64,000 nucleotides of DNA from Oceanispirochaeta sp. (GTDB lineage Bacteria > Spirochaetota > Spirochaetia > DSM-2461): the NCBI GenBank assembly GCA_963666275.2, contig CAXXOA010000002.1, forward strand, positions 32,001-96,000. Reading direction: 5' to 3'. The first letter of the stretch is position 1. Each line of letters starts with the position of its first letter. The notes under the pieces were generated by a model, which was not told where the DNA came from, did not search any database, and was given only the letters and a program-made list of their open reading frames with translations. The position numbers and the translations under genes were made by a program. Shown here one piece after another: positions 30,529-39,522 of the stretch.

Positions 30529-31993
30529 TTATTTTCTCCGGAAGTCCGATAGAGACTGATGTCCCTTCAGAATAGACACTTGAGATTTCAAGACTTGCTT
30601 TGCCGTTATAGTATAAATCGAGCCGCTTGCTGACATTGTAAAGGCCATAAACATCATTGATTGCGGAGGCATCGTTACTGCCGGCTATCTGTGTTTTGAT
30701 GTCTTCCAGACGCTCGGCAGTCATGCCGATGCCGTCATCTTCCACGGTAAACCAGAGGTATCCCTCTTCTTTCCATCCGCGGATAGAGAGCTGCCCCCGC
30801 CCCCGTTTGTTTTTAATCCCATGGTACAGAGCATTCTCGACCAGAGGCTGAAGAAGCAGTTTCAGCATCTGTATATCATCCATAATGTCATCGCAGCTGA
30901 TAGAAAACTCGAGGATATCCCGGTACCTGACTTTCTGGATGGAAAGATAATTCCTTATGTGCTTCAATTCATCCTGTACCGTGGTCCACTCCTTTCCCCG
31001 GTTTAGAGAAGTCCGGAAAAAACTGGAAAAGTTCCTGGTTACCGATATGACCTGGTCGTACTGCTTTCCTTCGGCCAGCCAGATGATCGAATCCAGTGTG
31101 TTGTACAGGAAGTGGGGGGTAATCTGAGCCTGAAGGGCCTTCATCTCTGATTTCTGAAGGTTTTTCTGCTCCTGGATGTTGGTATCAATGAGTTCCTTGA
31201 TTTTTTCAGCCATGATATTCAGATTCAAAGTCAGATTGTCCAGTTCTTTTACATTCGGAATATTCGCCCGGGCGGACAGATTCCCGGCGGCTATCTGACT
31301 GGACAGGTATTCCAGGTCCCGGATCGGTTTATTGATATTGCCGGTTACCGACCGCTGCGCCAGAATAGAAAAGAGCATTACGAAAACAACGATGATAATC
31401 TGAATGACCGACAGAATGACAGCGATTTGTTTGATCTGCTCGTTGGTGACAGCGGCCGATTCAATTTCAAGCACGATGAAATCCTGCAGGATTTCCAGGA
31501 CGAGACCGGAGACCCCCCTGATTTCATCCAGTATTTTCATGTTCTCGGTAACGGGATAGTCATTTTCCATCTGCATTCCGAGCATATCCACATATTTCGT
31601 CAGGGTATCCATGGCTCTTCCCGCGACTTCGAGCAACTGCCGGCTTTCGATCAGTTGGGTATTCTGAAAAATTTCATCGAGATTTGCGTTAATGTCACTG
31701 ATGATGTCGTACTGAGACCCTTCCTGGAATTCCTTGTTCCCGGCCACAATATCCCATATCTCATTGGATATATCTGTCTTTACCTTCTGGTTCAGTCTGT
31801 TTGTCCGGCTCACATTTGTGATGATCCTGTCATAGCGCAGGGTCTGAAACCAGGAAGAGGCAAGACTGATGATTGGAGGAATGACCATGAGAATGATGAT
31901 GATCACATAGGAGGTCTGAATGATTTTGCGAATACTTGAAGTTCTGAAGGATTTCTGGAACAGGACGTCCGGGAGAGCGAATAGCCTCTTCAC
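30521..31993 (-). CDS. Sensor histidine kinase (YesM/LytS type)
   Basis: Two TMs, HAMP, LQAQITPHFLYNTL, LQPLVENALYHG, DDGIG; GTG start at 31993 next to the upstream stop (inferred). Confidence 0.92.
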   Translation of the reverse strand: MKRLFALPDVLFQKSFRTSSIRKIIQTSYVIIIILMVIPPIISLASSWFQTLRYDRIITNVSRTNRLNQKVKTDISNEIWDIVAGNKEFQEGSQYDIISDINANLDEIFQNTQLIESRQLLEVAGRAMDTLTKYVDMLGMQMENDYPVTENMKILDEIRGVSGLVLEILQDFIVLEIESAAVTNEQIKQIAVILSVIQIIIVVFVMLFSILAQRSVTGNINKPIRDLEYLSSQIAAGNLSARANIPNVKELDNLTLNLNIMAEKIKELIDTNIQEQKNLQKSEMKALQAQITPHFLYNTLDSIIWLAEGKQYDQVISVTRNFSSFFRTSLNRGKEWTTVQDELKHIRNYLSIQKVRYRDILEFSISCDDIMDDIQMLKLLLQPLVENALYHGIKNKRGRGQLSIRGWKEEGYLWFTVEDDGIGMTAERLEDIKTQIAGSNDASAINDVYGLYNVSKRLDLYYNGKASLEISSVYSEGTSVSIGLPEKINV

Positions 31994-31994
31994 G

Positions 31995-32993
31995 TCAGTA
32001 TCCCCGGGGTTCCAGGGAAGAGAGGTCATCGTATTCCGTAAAGACCTCTTCATAGACATGCTGAAGCCGTGGAATTGTCTCTCCCTTTGCCAGTTTGGTC
32101 GCCAGAGTCAGAATCGCCGGACCTGTTTTGGGATTGCATTCAATGACGCAATTGACTTCCCCGTTTTTAAGGGCATCAATCGCCGCCTGCTCTGCATCAA
32201 TGGTGATGATAACAATATCCTTTCCCGGCCGGATTCCCACTTCCTTCATAGCATCAATGGCCCCCAGGGTCATTCCGTCGTTATGGGAATACAGCACATC
32301 AATGTCATGCCTCTGCGCCAGGAGATCCCTCATAATCTCGTATCCTCTGGAACGGAGGAAATCTCCGGACTCGCTAAAGACAATCTCAAAACCGGAATTC
32401 CCGCCGATGATTTCCCGGAATCCGCCGGCCCGGCCCTCAGCCACGGAGGAACCTTCAGTTCCGCTTATTTCCATAATCTTCACCGGTTCTTCCGAAAGCG
32501 GTTCATTGAACTTCTTTAACAGAAAAAGGCCGGCTTCCCGTCCTTCCTGGTTGCTGTCGGTGCCTATAAACCCCGCATAGAGATTCTCATCGGCTGTAGT
32601 GATCTTCCTGTCTGTCACCAGGACAGGGATGCCCGCATTCTGCGCCTCTTTGAGCACATTGTCCCATCCGTCGGCAACGATGGGCACAAAGGCTATGACA
32701 TCCACCTGATAAGCAATGAAGGAGCGTATGGCTTTGATCTGGTTTTCCTGTTTCTGTTCGGCATTTTCAAAGAGGAGCTGGATGCCTGCGTTTGCCGCCG
32801 CGGCTTTGATAGACTGAGTGTTGCATGCCCTCCACGCACTTTCCGCTCCTATCTGGGAAAACCCCAGAATCAGCTTGTCATCTGCCGTTTCTTCCGTCAG
32901 GTCTGGCTGATCGAAATACACCATGCCAATGATGACAGCGGCAATTCCAAGGATGAGGATAAGAATTCCTGTGATCTTCTTGTAATACAACAT
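31995..32993 (-). CDS. YtfQ-like sugar-binding protein with N-terminal membrane anchor (probable sensor accessory)
   Basis: LGFSQIGAESAWR, QIKAIRSFIAYQVD, SHNDGMTLGA, IECNP; directly upstream of the HK-RR pair. Confidence 0.85.
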   Translation of the reverse strand: MLYYKKITGILILILGIAAVIIGMVYFDQPDLTEETADDKLILGFSQIGAESAWRACNTQSIKAAAANAGIQLLFENAEQKQENQIKAIRSFIAYQVDVIAFVPIVADGWDNVLKEAQNAGIPVLVTDRKITTADENLYAGFIGTDSNQEGREAGLFLLKKFNEPLSEEPVKIMEISGTEGSSVAEGRAGGFREIIGGNSGFEIVFSESGDFLRSRGYEIMRDLLAQRHDIDVLYSHNDGMTLGAIDAMKEVGIRPGKDIVIITIDAEQAAIDALKNGEVNCVIECNPKTGPAILTLATKLAKGETIPRLQHVYEEVFTEYDDLSSLEPRGY

Positions 32994-33187
32994 TTTTTTT
33001 AACCAGGACCGGAGGGATGCCAGTACATGATACCTGACATTTACCCGGAACACAACAAATTATTGCATTGAAGAAGGCCTGAGGAGATGAGCATAAGTGA
33101 TGAAGAAGGGAGGCGGCAGCCGGAAGGCAGGTGGATATGAAATTCAGAGATAGAATAGAGTGAAATTTCCATTTCAACAATAAGATT

Positions 33188-33574
33188 TCAGATAAAGAGC
33201 TCGGGAGAAACACCATATTTATCAGAGAGTTTTCTGATATGCCCAAGGTTGAGCTGCCTTTTCCCGCTGAGAATCTCATTTATGACAGTCCGCGGAGCGA
33301 CATCTGTCAGGTCCCCCTGTTTATGGCCATGATTTTCCATAAGATGTTTTAATACTTCAATGGGAGAAATATCCTTTATCGGATAGTGCTCATCTTCAAA
33401 AGAGGAAATTAACGAAGTTAAATAATCAATGACATATTCCAACTCAGCTTCCCCGGATTCAAATCTATCAGTCAGCTCCATCAGGTATAGAATGGCATTA
33501 TCATTTTCTTCTTCTGTATGGATTTGAAGACGTTGCATGAATTTTCCTAATTCATTCTCTATGGCATAACTCAT
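33188..33574 (-). CDS. higA: Type II TA antitoxin HigA (HTH)
   Basis: FEDEHYPI...PIEVLKHLME.HG.KQ.DL...INEILSGKRQL..HIRKLS; start MSY after AAGGAG. Confidence 0.85.
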   Translation of the reverse strand: MSYAIENELGKFMQRLQIHTEEENDNAILYLMELTDRFESGEAELEYVIDYLTSLISSFEDEHYPIKDISPIEVLKHLMENHGHKQGDLTDVAPRTVINEILSGKRQLNLGHIRKLSDKYGVSPELFI

Positions 33575-33585
33575 ATTAAATCTCC

Positions 33586-33870
33586 TTAACAATACTTCCT
33601 CGTATATTCCTCATGGGTCAAAAAATCAATGATGAAAACAGTTTTTCCCCAGGAATACCTGACAATCAGGCGGAACTCATTACATTTGATATTAATACAA
33701 ACATAATCAGACCCTTTAATGTTATCAGCAGAAGGATAAGCTTTTTTAAGCTCCATGATATTGTTGAAGTTTGACTTCTGATTGACTTTCAACCAACCTC
33801 GAAGACCGGTTTCTGCGGTTGGGTATGTTTGGATATACTCCTCAATGGTCTTCCTTTTGATGATAGTCAT
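33586..33870 (-). CDS. higB: Type II TA toxin HigB (RelE-like mRNase)
   Basis: ELKKAYPSAD, NIK.N.FRLIV, FLTHEEY; toxin-first gene order. Confidence 0.85.
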   Translation of the reverse strand: MTIIKRKTIEEYIQTYPTAETGLRGWLKVNQKSNFNNIMELKKAYPSADNIKGSDYVCINIKCNEFRLIVRYSWGKTVFIIDFLTHEEYTRKYC

Positions 33871-33999
33871 TAAATCTTCCCTACATTAATTGTCGCATAT
33901 CGCGACACTTTTGTAAATAATACATCCCCCCTATAATAGCCCATCTTGTTCAGAGTAAACTTATAAACACAAAATGGGCTATTGCTATAGTTTAGATAC

Positions 34000-34404
34000 C
34001 TAAAGAGCCTCCATAGCCTCCCGGACCTCTTCTTCGCTGGGCTCTTCCGATGCAGCCTCATCCGTCTCATTGCCCGGGACTTGAGGCTTGAACTCCACAT
34101 GCTCCCCTACAATTTTAATCTTTGTCCGGGACTGGCCCTGATCGTCGGTCCATCGATCCTGTTTAAGCCGCCCTACAACCCGGACTCCCCTGCCCTTGTT
34201 CAGATACTTCTCGCAGGATTCTGCCACTTTGGACCAGACTTCCACATCAAAATAGGAAACCTCGCTGTTGCGGACGCCGTCCTGTTTGAAGTAGCGGTTG
34301 GTGGCTATGCAGAACTGGCACAGGGGAGTTCCCTTCGGGGTCAGCCTGCTCTCGGGATCCCGGACCAGATTTCCTTCTACAATAATACTGTTCAATTGGT
34401 TCAT
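34000..34404 (-). CDS. ssb: Single-stranded DNA-binding protein (paralogue)
   Basis: NSIIVEGNLVRDPE, FDVEVW, YLNKGRGVRVVGRLKQDRW; start MNQ after GGAGAGG. Confidence 0.9.
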   Translation of the reverse strand: MNQLNSIIVEGNLVRDPESRLTPKGTPLCQFCIATNRYFKQDGVRNSEVSYFDVEVWSKVAESCEKYLNKGRGVRVVGRLKQDRWTDDQGQSRTKIKIVGEHVEFKPQVPGNETDEAASEEPSEEEVREAMEAL

Positions 34405-34578
34405 ACACCTCTCCTTGTAAATTGACATTTACTATTCCTACAGAGAGAATTTCCGTGATGCTTCAATCTTCTGCATTTTTTTTACCGGAAAGAATCGTCA
34501 AATGATCCTGAACTGAGTTGACATTAGTACTAACTATTATTATTTTCCCTGGAGAATATATTACAAGGAGACTAATAT

Positions 34579-35202
34579 ATGAATATTGAAGTGTGGCTGG
34601 ATTTTGTCTGCCCCTTTTGCTATATAGGCGAAAAAAAACTGTCCATAGCTCTGGAACAGACAGGACTCAGTGATAAGGCGGAAATCCGGTACAGAAGTTT
34701 TCAGCTCGATGTGAATGCCAAACGGGATCCTTCCAGAGACATCCACCAGATGATCGCCGACAAGTACGGAATGCCCTACCAGCAGGCAAAAGGGATGAAC
34801 GACAGGATTGTCCAGGCCGCTGGAGAGATTGGATTGAACTTCGACCTTGACATTATTAAACCGGGAAATACAGCCCTGGCCCACCAGATGTATAAGTATG
34901 CCGAAACCCTGGGGAAAGGACAGGAAACGACAGAACTGCTCTTCCAGTCCCACTTTGAGAAGGGTGTTGATATCGGTTCTGAGGAAGAGCTGATCAGCCT
35001 TGCCGGACAGGTGGGGATCGACGGAAATGATCTGCGCAGAGTGTTCAGTGACACCCTCTTTCTGGAAGAAGTGATGAAAGATCAGGAAAAGGCTATGAAC
35101 ATGGGAATAACAGGAGTGCCCTTTTTTATCTTCAACGGGAAACAGACAGTCTCAGGGGCCCAGAGTATCGAACACTTCGAAAAGGTGCTGAAGGAAGCAT
35201 AG
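34579..35202 (+). CDS. DsbA/FrnE-family thiol-disulfide oxidoreductase
   Basis: DFVCPFCYIG, GITGVPFF, SGAQ; TTGACA at 34518. Confidence 0.9.
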   Translation: MNIEVWLDFVCPFCYIGEKKLSIALEQTGLSDKAEIRYRSFQLDVNAKRDPSRDIHQMIADKYGMPYQQAKGMNDRIVQAAGEIGLNFDLDIIKPGNTALAHQMYKYAETLGKGQETTELLFQSHFEKGVDIGSEEELISLAGQVGIDGNDLRRVFSDTLFLEEVMKDQEKAMNMGITGVPFFIFNGKQTVSGAQSIEHFEKVLKEA

Positions 35203-35241
35203 AAACGAAAATCAGAATCAGGACAGAAGGCCTTTCTGTAC

Positions 35242-36006
35242 TTATACTGTCATGATTCTTAATCCCTTCTCTTCCAGCTTCTGCAGAATAGAGGGATCAG
35301 CGCCCTGATCGGTAATCAGTAGATCTATATTCTTCACACTTCCAATCCTGGCAAAGTCGGTCCTGCCGATTTTTGTGGCGTCTGCCAGGACAATCACACG
35401 GCGGGAGCTCTCCAGGATGGCATGATAGATCCCTGTTTCCTGCATGCTGCCGCAGTAGAACTGCCCCTCCTCATCCAGACCGTTGATTCCTATAAAAGCG
35501 GTATCGAAGGAAAATCCCCGGATCATCTCTTCCGCATAGAACCCTACGCAGGAGATTGTATTTTTCCGCAGCTCCCCGCCGATCTGAATCACTGAAATGT
35601 TATTCCTTGTGTTCAGTTCATTGGCAATATTGGTGGCTTCCGAGGCAATCAGATAGCTTTTCTCGTTATCCAGCATCCGGGCCAGGCAGAAGACCGTAGA
35701 GCTGCTGTTCATAAAAATTTTCTCTCCGGGATTCATATATTTAAAGGCTTCCCTGGCAATAGCCTCTTTCTCAGCCATATGGCTGGCGATCCGGACATCA
35801 AAGGGCGCTTCATGGATCTGGCTGAAACCGGGAAGCACAGCGCCCCCATGAGTCCTGACCACCAGACCTTTCGAGGCGAGCTCATCCAGATCCCTCCGGA
35901 TCGTCATTTCCGTGACATTAAAGTCTCTGCAGAGGCTTGTTACCTCAACAGATTTTTCACTCTTCAGCAGACTGAGAATTTTTTCATGCCTCAACTGTTT
36001 CAGCAT
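35242..36006 (-). CDS. DeoR/GlpR-family transcriptional regulator
   Basis: VTEMTIRRDL..L...G...RTHGGA; EKEAIA; IGGELR. Confidence 0.93.
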   Translation of the reverse strand: MLKQLRHEKILSLLKSEKSVEVTSLCRDFNVTEMTIRRDLDELASKGLVVRTHGGAVLPGFSQIHEAPFDVRIASHMAEKEAIAREAFKYMNPGEKIFMNSSSTVFCLARMLDNEKSYLIASEATNIANELNTRNNISVIQIGGELRKNTISCVGFYAEEMIRGFSFDTAFIGINGLDEEGQFYCGSMQETGIYHAILESSRRVIVLADATKIGRTDFARIGSVKNIDLLITDQGADPSILQKLEEKGLRIMTV

Positions 36007-36117
36007 CACTGCCTCCTTGACCGTATTCCCAGTCCATTCTAACCGGACAGGGGTGTATTGAAAAGACATTATTTGTTTGTTTATGTTTTATTATGTTATT
36101 TATCAGTCTTTTTTTGT

Positions 36118-36146
36118 TTGACAACTCCTGTTTTCAGGTTTATGGT
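36118..36146 (+). promoter_or_regulatory. Sigma-70 promoter of the dehydrogenase-aldolase-kinase operon
   Basis: TTGACA-N17-TATGGT. Confidence 0.6.
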
Positions 36147-36202
36147 GAAACATATCTAACATTATAAAACACTTAAAAACAATTTAGAACAGAAGGTCGA
36201 AT

Positions 36203-37252
36203 ATGAAAATTCTTGTAATCGGAGACGGTTTTATTAAAACCGAAGTGTCCGTTCCCATCGTGGAGAAAATTATGGCCCCCTATGCTCCCGCAGAAATAGA
36301 GACATGTACATTTCAATGGCCCCTTTCTCCCTTTGTCAGCAATGATGAGATAAGGGAGTACGAAGGGGATGAACAGACTGTGATCGATCATATCACAGAT
36401 GCCGAACTGCTCCTTGTTCACGCTGCCCCCATAACGGAAAGAGTCCTTGAGGCGGCACCGAATCTGAAGGCTATCGGCGTGGTCCGTGGGGGCCCCACCA
36501 ATATCAATCTGGCCGCCGCTTCCAGAAGAGGAATTCCTGTATTCAACTCTCCCGGAAGGAATGCCCAGGCGGTGGTGGAATTTACCCTGGGCCTGCTGCT
36601 CAGCGAATGCCGCCATATTTCCCGGAGCCACAGGAACCTGATGGACAGGGAGTGGGCCTATGATTATTACAGCTATGAAAAATGCGGAGTCGAGCTGAAA
36701 GGCAAAACCATAGGTCTTGTAGGGTTCGGCAATATATCCTGGCGGCTGAGCCCTGTGCTGCTGGCCATGGGGATGGATGTGATCGCGTTCGATCCCTTTG
36801 TGGATAAAAAGAGAATGGCCTCCTATGAAGTGGAGAAAGTTACACTGGATGAACTGTATGCCCTGTCCGATGTGATCAGCGTTCATGCCCGGCTCACAGA
36901 GGAAACCAGGCATATGTTCAACAAAGAAGCTTTCTCAAAAATGAAGGACCGGGTGATCTTTGTGAACACCGCACGGGGAGGTCTTGTGAACTATGATGAC
37001 CTGACCGAAGCCCTGGAATCGGGAAAAGTCGGTTCTGCCGCTCTGGATGTGTTTCCCCGGGAGCCGGCCGACCTGACGGCGCCTCTCTTCGACAGAGACA
37101 ATGTCACAGTCACCCCCCACATTGCAGGAGCCACAAAGGACAGTGTGTCCTTCGGTATGACCAACCTGATGAACAGCCTCCTGGCCTACTTCAGGGAAGG
37201 ATCGCTTCAAAGCTGTATGAATCCGGAAGCCCTTGAGAAAACAAAAAGTTAA
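36203..37252 (+). CDS. D-isomer-specific 2-hydroxyacid dehydrogenase family protein
   Basis: PGRNAQAVVE, GLVGFGNI, NTARGGLV, LDVF..EP, TPHIAG. Confidence 0.9.
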   Translation: MKILVIGDGFIKTEVSVPIVEKIMAPYAPAEIETCTFQWPLSPFVSNDEIREYEGDEQTVIDHITDAELLLVHAAPITERVLEAAPNLKAIGVVRGGPTNINLAAASRRGIPVFNSPGRNAQAVVEFTLGLLLSECRHISRSHRNLMDREWAYDYYSYEKCGVELKGKTIGLVGFGNISWRLSPVLLAMGMDVIAFDPFVDKKRMASYEVEKVTLDELYALSDVISVHARLTEETRHMFNKEAFSKMKDRVIFVNTARGGLVNYDDLTEALESGKVGSAALDVFPREPADLTAPLFDRDNVTVTPHIAGATKDSVSFGMTNLMNSLLAYFREGSLQSCMNPEALEKTKS

Positions 37253-37294
37253 CGGTTGCGGAAAACCGTGAGATTATACTACTAGGAGAATTTT

Positions 37295-37954
37295 ATGACT
37301 TATCAGAAACAGCGGGATGATATTATAGAAACGGGAAAGCGTCTCTATACCCGAAACTATGTGGCTTCAAACGATGGGAATATCAGCATAAGACTGGATG
37401 AAAAGAGATTTCTGATCACCCCTTCAGGAGTTTCGAAAGGCTACATGGCTCCGGAGGATCTGCTTGTTGTGGATATGGAGGGGAATGTTCTCGAAGGGGA
37501 TAAAAAACCTTCTTCCGAGATGAAAATGCACAGGGAAGTGTTTACACGCCGGCCCGATGTAAACGCCATTGTCCATGCCCATCCCCAGATGGCTACAGCT
37601 TTTGCGGTGGCCCATAAGGTTTTTGACAAAATTATATTGCCCGAGATCATTTTTTCACTGGGAAAGGTATGCCTGGCTGATTACGGAACCCCCACTACGG
37701 AGCAGATCCCTCAGGCCGTGGCTAAATGCATTCAGGAGACTGATGCCCTTCTTCTGGCCAACCACGGCGCCCTGACTGCGGGCAGCGATGTGTATGACGC
37801 CTACTATAAAATGGAAACACTGGAGCATTTCGCCTGTATCTATTTCAATGTGATCCAGCTGGGCGGCGGAGTGGAACTGGACCGTAAAGAGATAGACACC
37901 CTCTATGAAATCCGGGACGGCGTCTATGGGAAGAAAACCCTGTCCCGGGTCTGA
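37295..37954 (+). CDS. Class II aldolase/epimerase (FucA/AraD family)
   Basis: GNIS, TPSG, PSSEMKMH, AIVHAHP, LLANHG. Confidence 0.9.
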   Translation: MTYQKQRDDIIETGKRLYTRNYVASNDGNISIRLDEKRFLITPSGVSKGYMAPEDLLVVDMEGNVLEGDKKPSSEMKMHREVFTRRPDVNAIVHAHPQMATAFAVAHKVFDKIILPEIIFSLGKVCLADYGTPTTEQIPQAVAKCIQETDALLLANHGALTAGSDVYDAYYKMETLEHFACIYFNVIQLGGGVELDRKEIDTLYEIRDGVYGKKTLSRV

Positions 37955-37968
37955 AAGGAGATAAGAGA

Positions 37969-39522
37969 ATGTCCGGTTACTATCTGGGAGTGGACCTGGG
38001 AACCACCAATGTGAAAGCAGCTCTGTTTGACAGTCAGTACAACTGCATCGCTGAAGAGGGCTGCGAATACGATACCATCTACCCCCGCCCCGGTTGGGCT
38101 GAACAGGACCCGGAAAGCTGGTGGCTGGCGTTCTGCAGTGATATGAGAGTGTTATCAGGGAAATTTCCCGAAGAGATCGGCAGGCTCAGAGGGATTTCCA
38201 TAAGTTCCCACGCGCCCGCTGTAGTTCCTCTTGATGAAAGGGGGAAACCTCTGAGGAATGCCCTGATCTGGATGGACCGCCGGTCCGAACCTTTTATTCC
38301 GGAGATGCGGGAAACTCCCGGAGACGAAACGGTCCGGAAGATTACGGGAAACCGGATAGACCCCTACTACTCCTCTGCCAAACTCCGCTGGATGCGGCAT
38401 AACGAACCGGCCCTGTTTGCCCGGATACACTGTGTTCTTCAGGCCAACAGCTATCTGAACTACCGCCTGACCGGAGCCCAGTCCAATGACCTGGCCCATG
38501 CGGGACTGACCGGTCTCTTTGATATTGAAACCCAAAAGTGGTCCTCCCTGCTCTGCCGGGTCTGGGAGATTCCCGAGGCGATCCTCCCCCGGGTCAGCGC
38601 ATCCACAGAAATCATCGGCACTGTCTCGGACGAAGCGGCGGCAGCGGCGGGGATTCCCCGGGGCGTTCCTGTGATGGCGGGAACGGTAGATGCCTCTGCA
38701 GCTGCTCTGGAAGCAGGGGTTCTGGCTCCGGGAGAAGCCGTTGAAACGACAGGAACCTCCTCTGTCCTGATGATAGGCTGCCGGGAGATGCCCCGGACCC
38801 CTTCCCTGGTGGCACTCTACCACGCCCTGAAAGACAAAGCCCTTCTGATAGGCCCCATCAGTTCTACAGGCTCCTCCCTGAAGTGGTTCCGAGACACCCT
38901 GGGCCGGGCGGAATGCGAAGATGCGGATGACATAGGGGTAGATCCCTACACCATCATGGACAGGGAAGCCGGGTCCTGCGGCGAGGGCAGCAGCAATCTG
39001 ATTTTCCTTCCTTATATGAGCGGAGAAAGAGCTCCGCTCTGGGACACCGACGCCCGGGGCGTCTTTTTCGGACTTTCCCTGGGAACAGGAAGAGGAGAGA
39101 TGATCCGGGCGATACTGGAAGGCGGCGCCTTTGCCCTGAAACACAACCTTCTGGAGGCGGAAAAAGCGGGTCATCCCATTTCCCGCATTACCGCGGCAGG
39201 AGGAGGCGCGTCCTCGGATCTATGGCTGAAGATCAAAGCTTCCGTTCTGGGAATCCCCGTGGTAAGACTGAATAACAGCTGCAGCGGCGCTCTGGGCAAT
39301 GCCCTTGTTGCGGCCATGGGAGCAGGCGATCTTTCAGATCCCGAACCGGTCCTGGAGCGGTTTCTAAACTATGAGACAACCTTTGAACCGGAAGAGAAAC
39401 TGCAGAATCATCTGGAAGCCAAATACAGACTGTTCAGAGACCTTTATGAGCACACCCGGGAAGACTTTAAAAAAATGGCCCGCCTGGAAGCGCCGGCGGG
39501 TGTCAGCGGAAGGGTTCTATGA
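37969..39522 (+). CDS. FGGY carbohydrate kinase (xylulokinase-like)
   Basis: GVDLGTT, WAEQDP, WMDRR, LPYMSGERAP, AILEG, GGGA.S.LW. Confidence 0.9.
   Translation: MSGYYLGVDLGTTNVKAALFDSQYNCIAEEGCEYDTIYPRPGWAEQDPESWWLAFCSDMRVLSGKFPEEIGRLRGISISSHAPAVVPLDERGKPLRNALIWMDRRSEPFIPEMRETPGDETVRKITGNRIDPYYSSAKLRWMRHNEPALFARIHCVLQANSYLNYRLTGAQSNDLAHAGLTGLFDIETQKWSSLLCRVWEIPEAILPRVSASTEIIGTVSDEAAAAAGIPRGVPVMAGTVDASAAALEAGVLAPGEAVETTGTSSVLMIGCREMPRTPSLVALYHALKDKALLIGPISSTGSSLKWFRDTLGRAECEDADDIGVDPYTIMDREAGSCGEGSSNLIFLPYMSGERAPLWDTDARGVFFGLSLGTGRGEMIRAILEGGAFALKHNLLEAEKAGHPISRITAAGGGASSDLWLKIKASVLGIPVVRLNNSCSGALGNALVAAMGAGDLSDPEPVLERFLNYETTFEPEEKLQNHLEAKYRLFRDLYEHTREDFKKMARLEAPAGVSGRVL

Noticed and set aside
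33084..33137. 17-codon plus-strand ORF after a GAGGAG motif
   Set aside because: No homology cues; lies antisense in a promoter region
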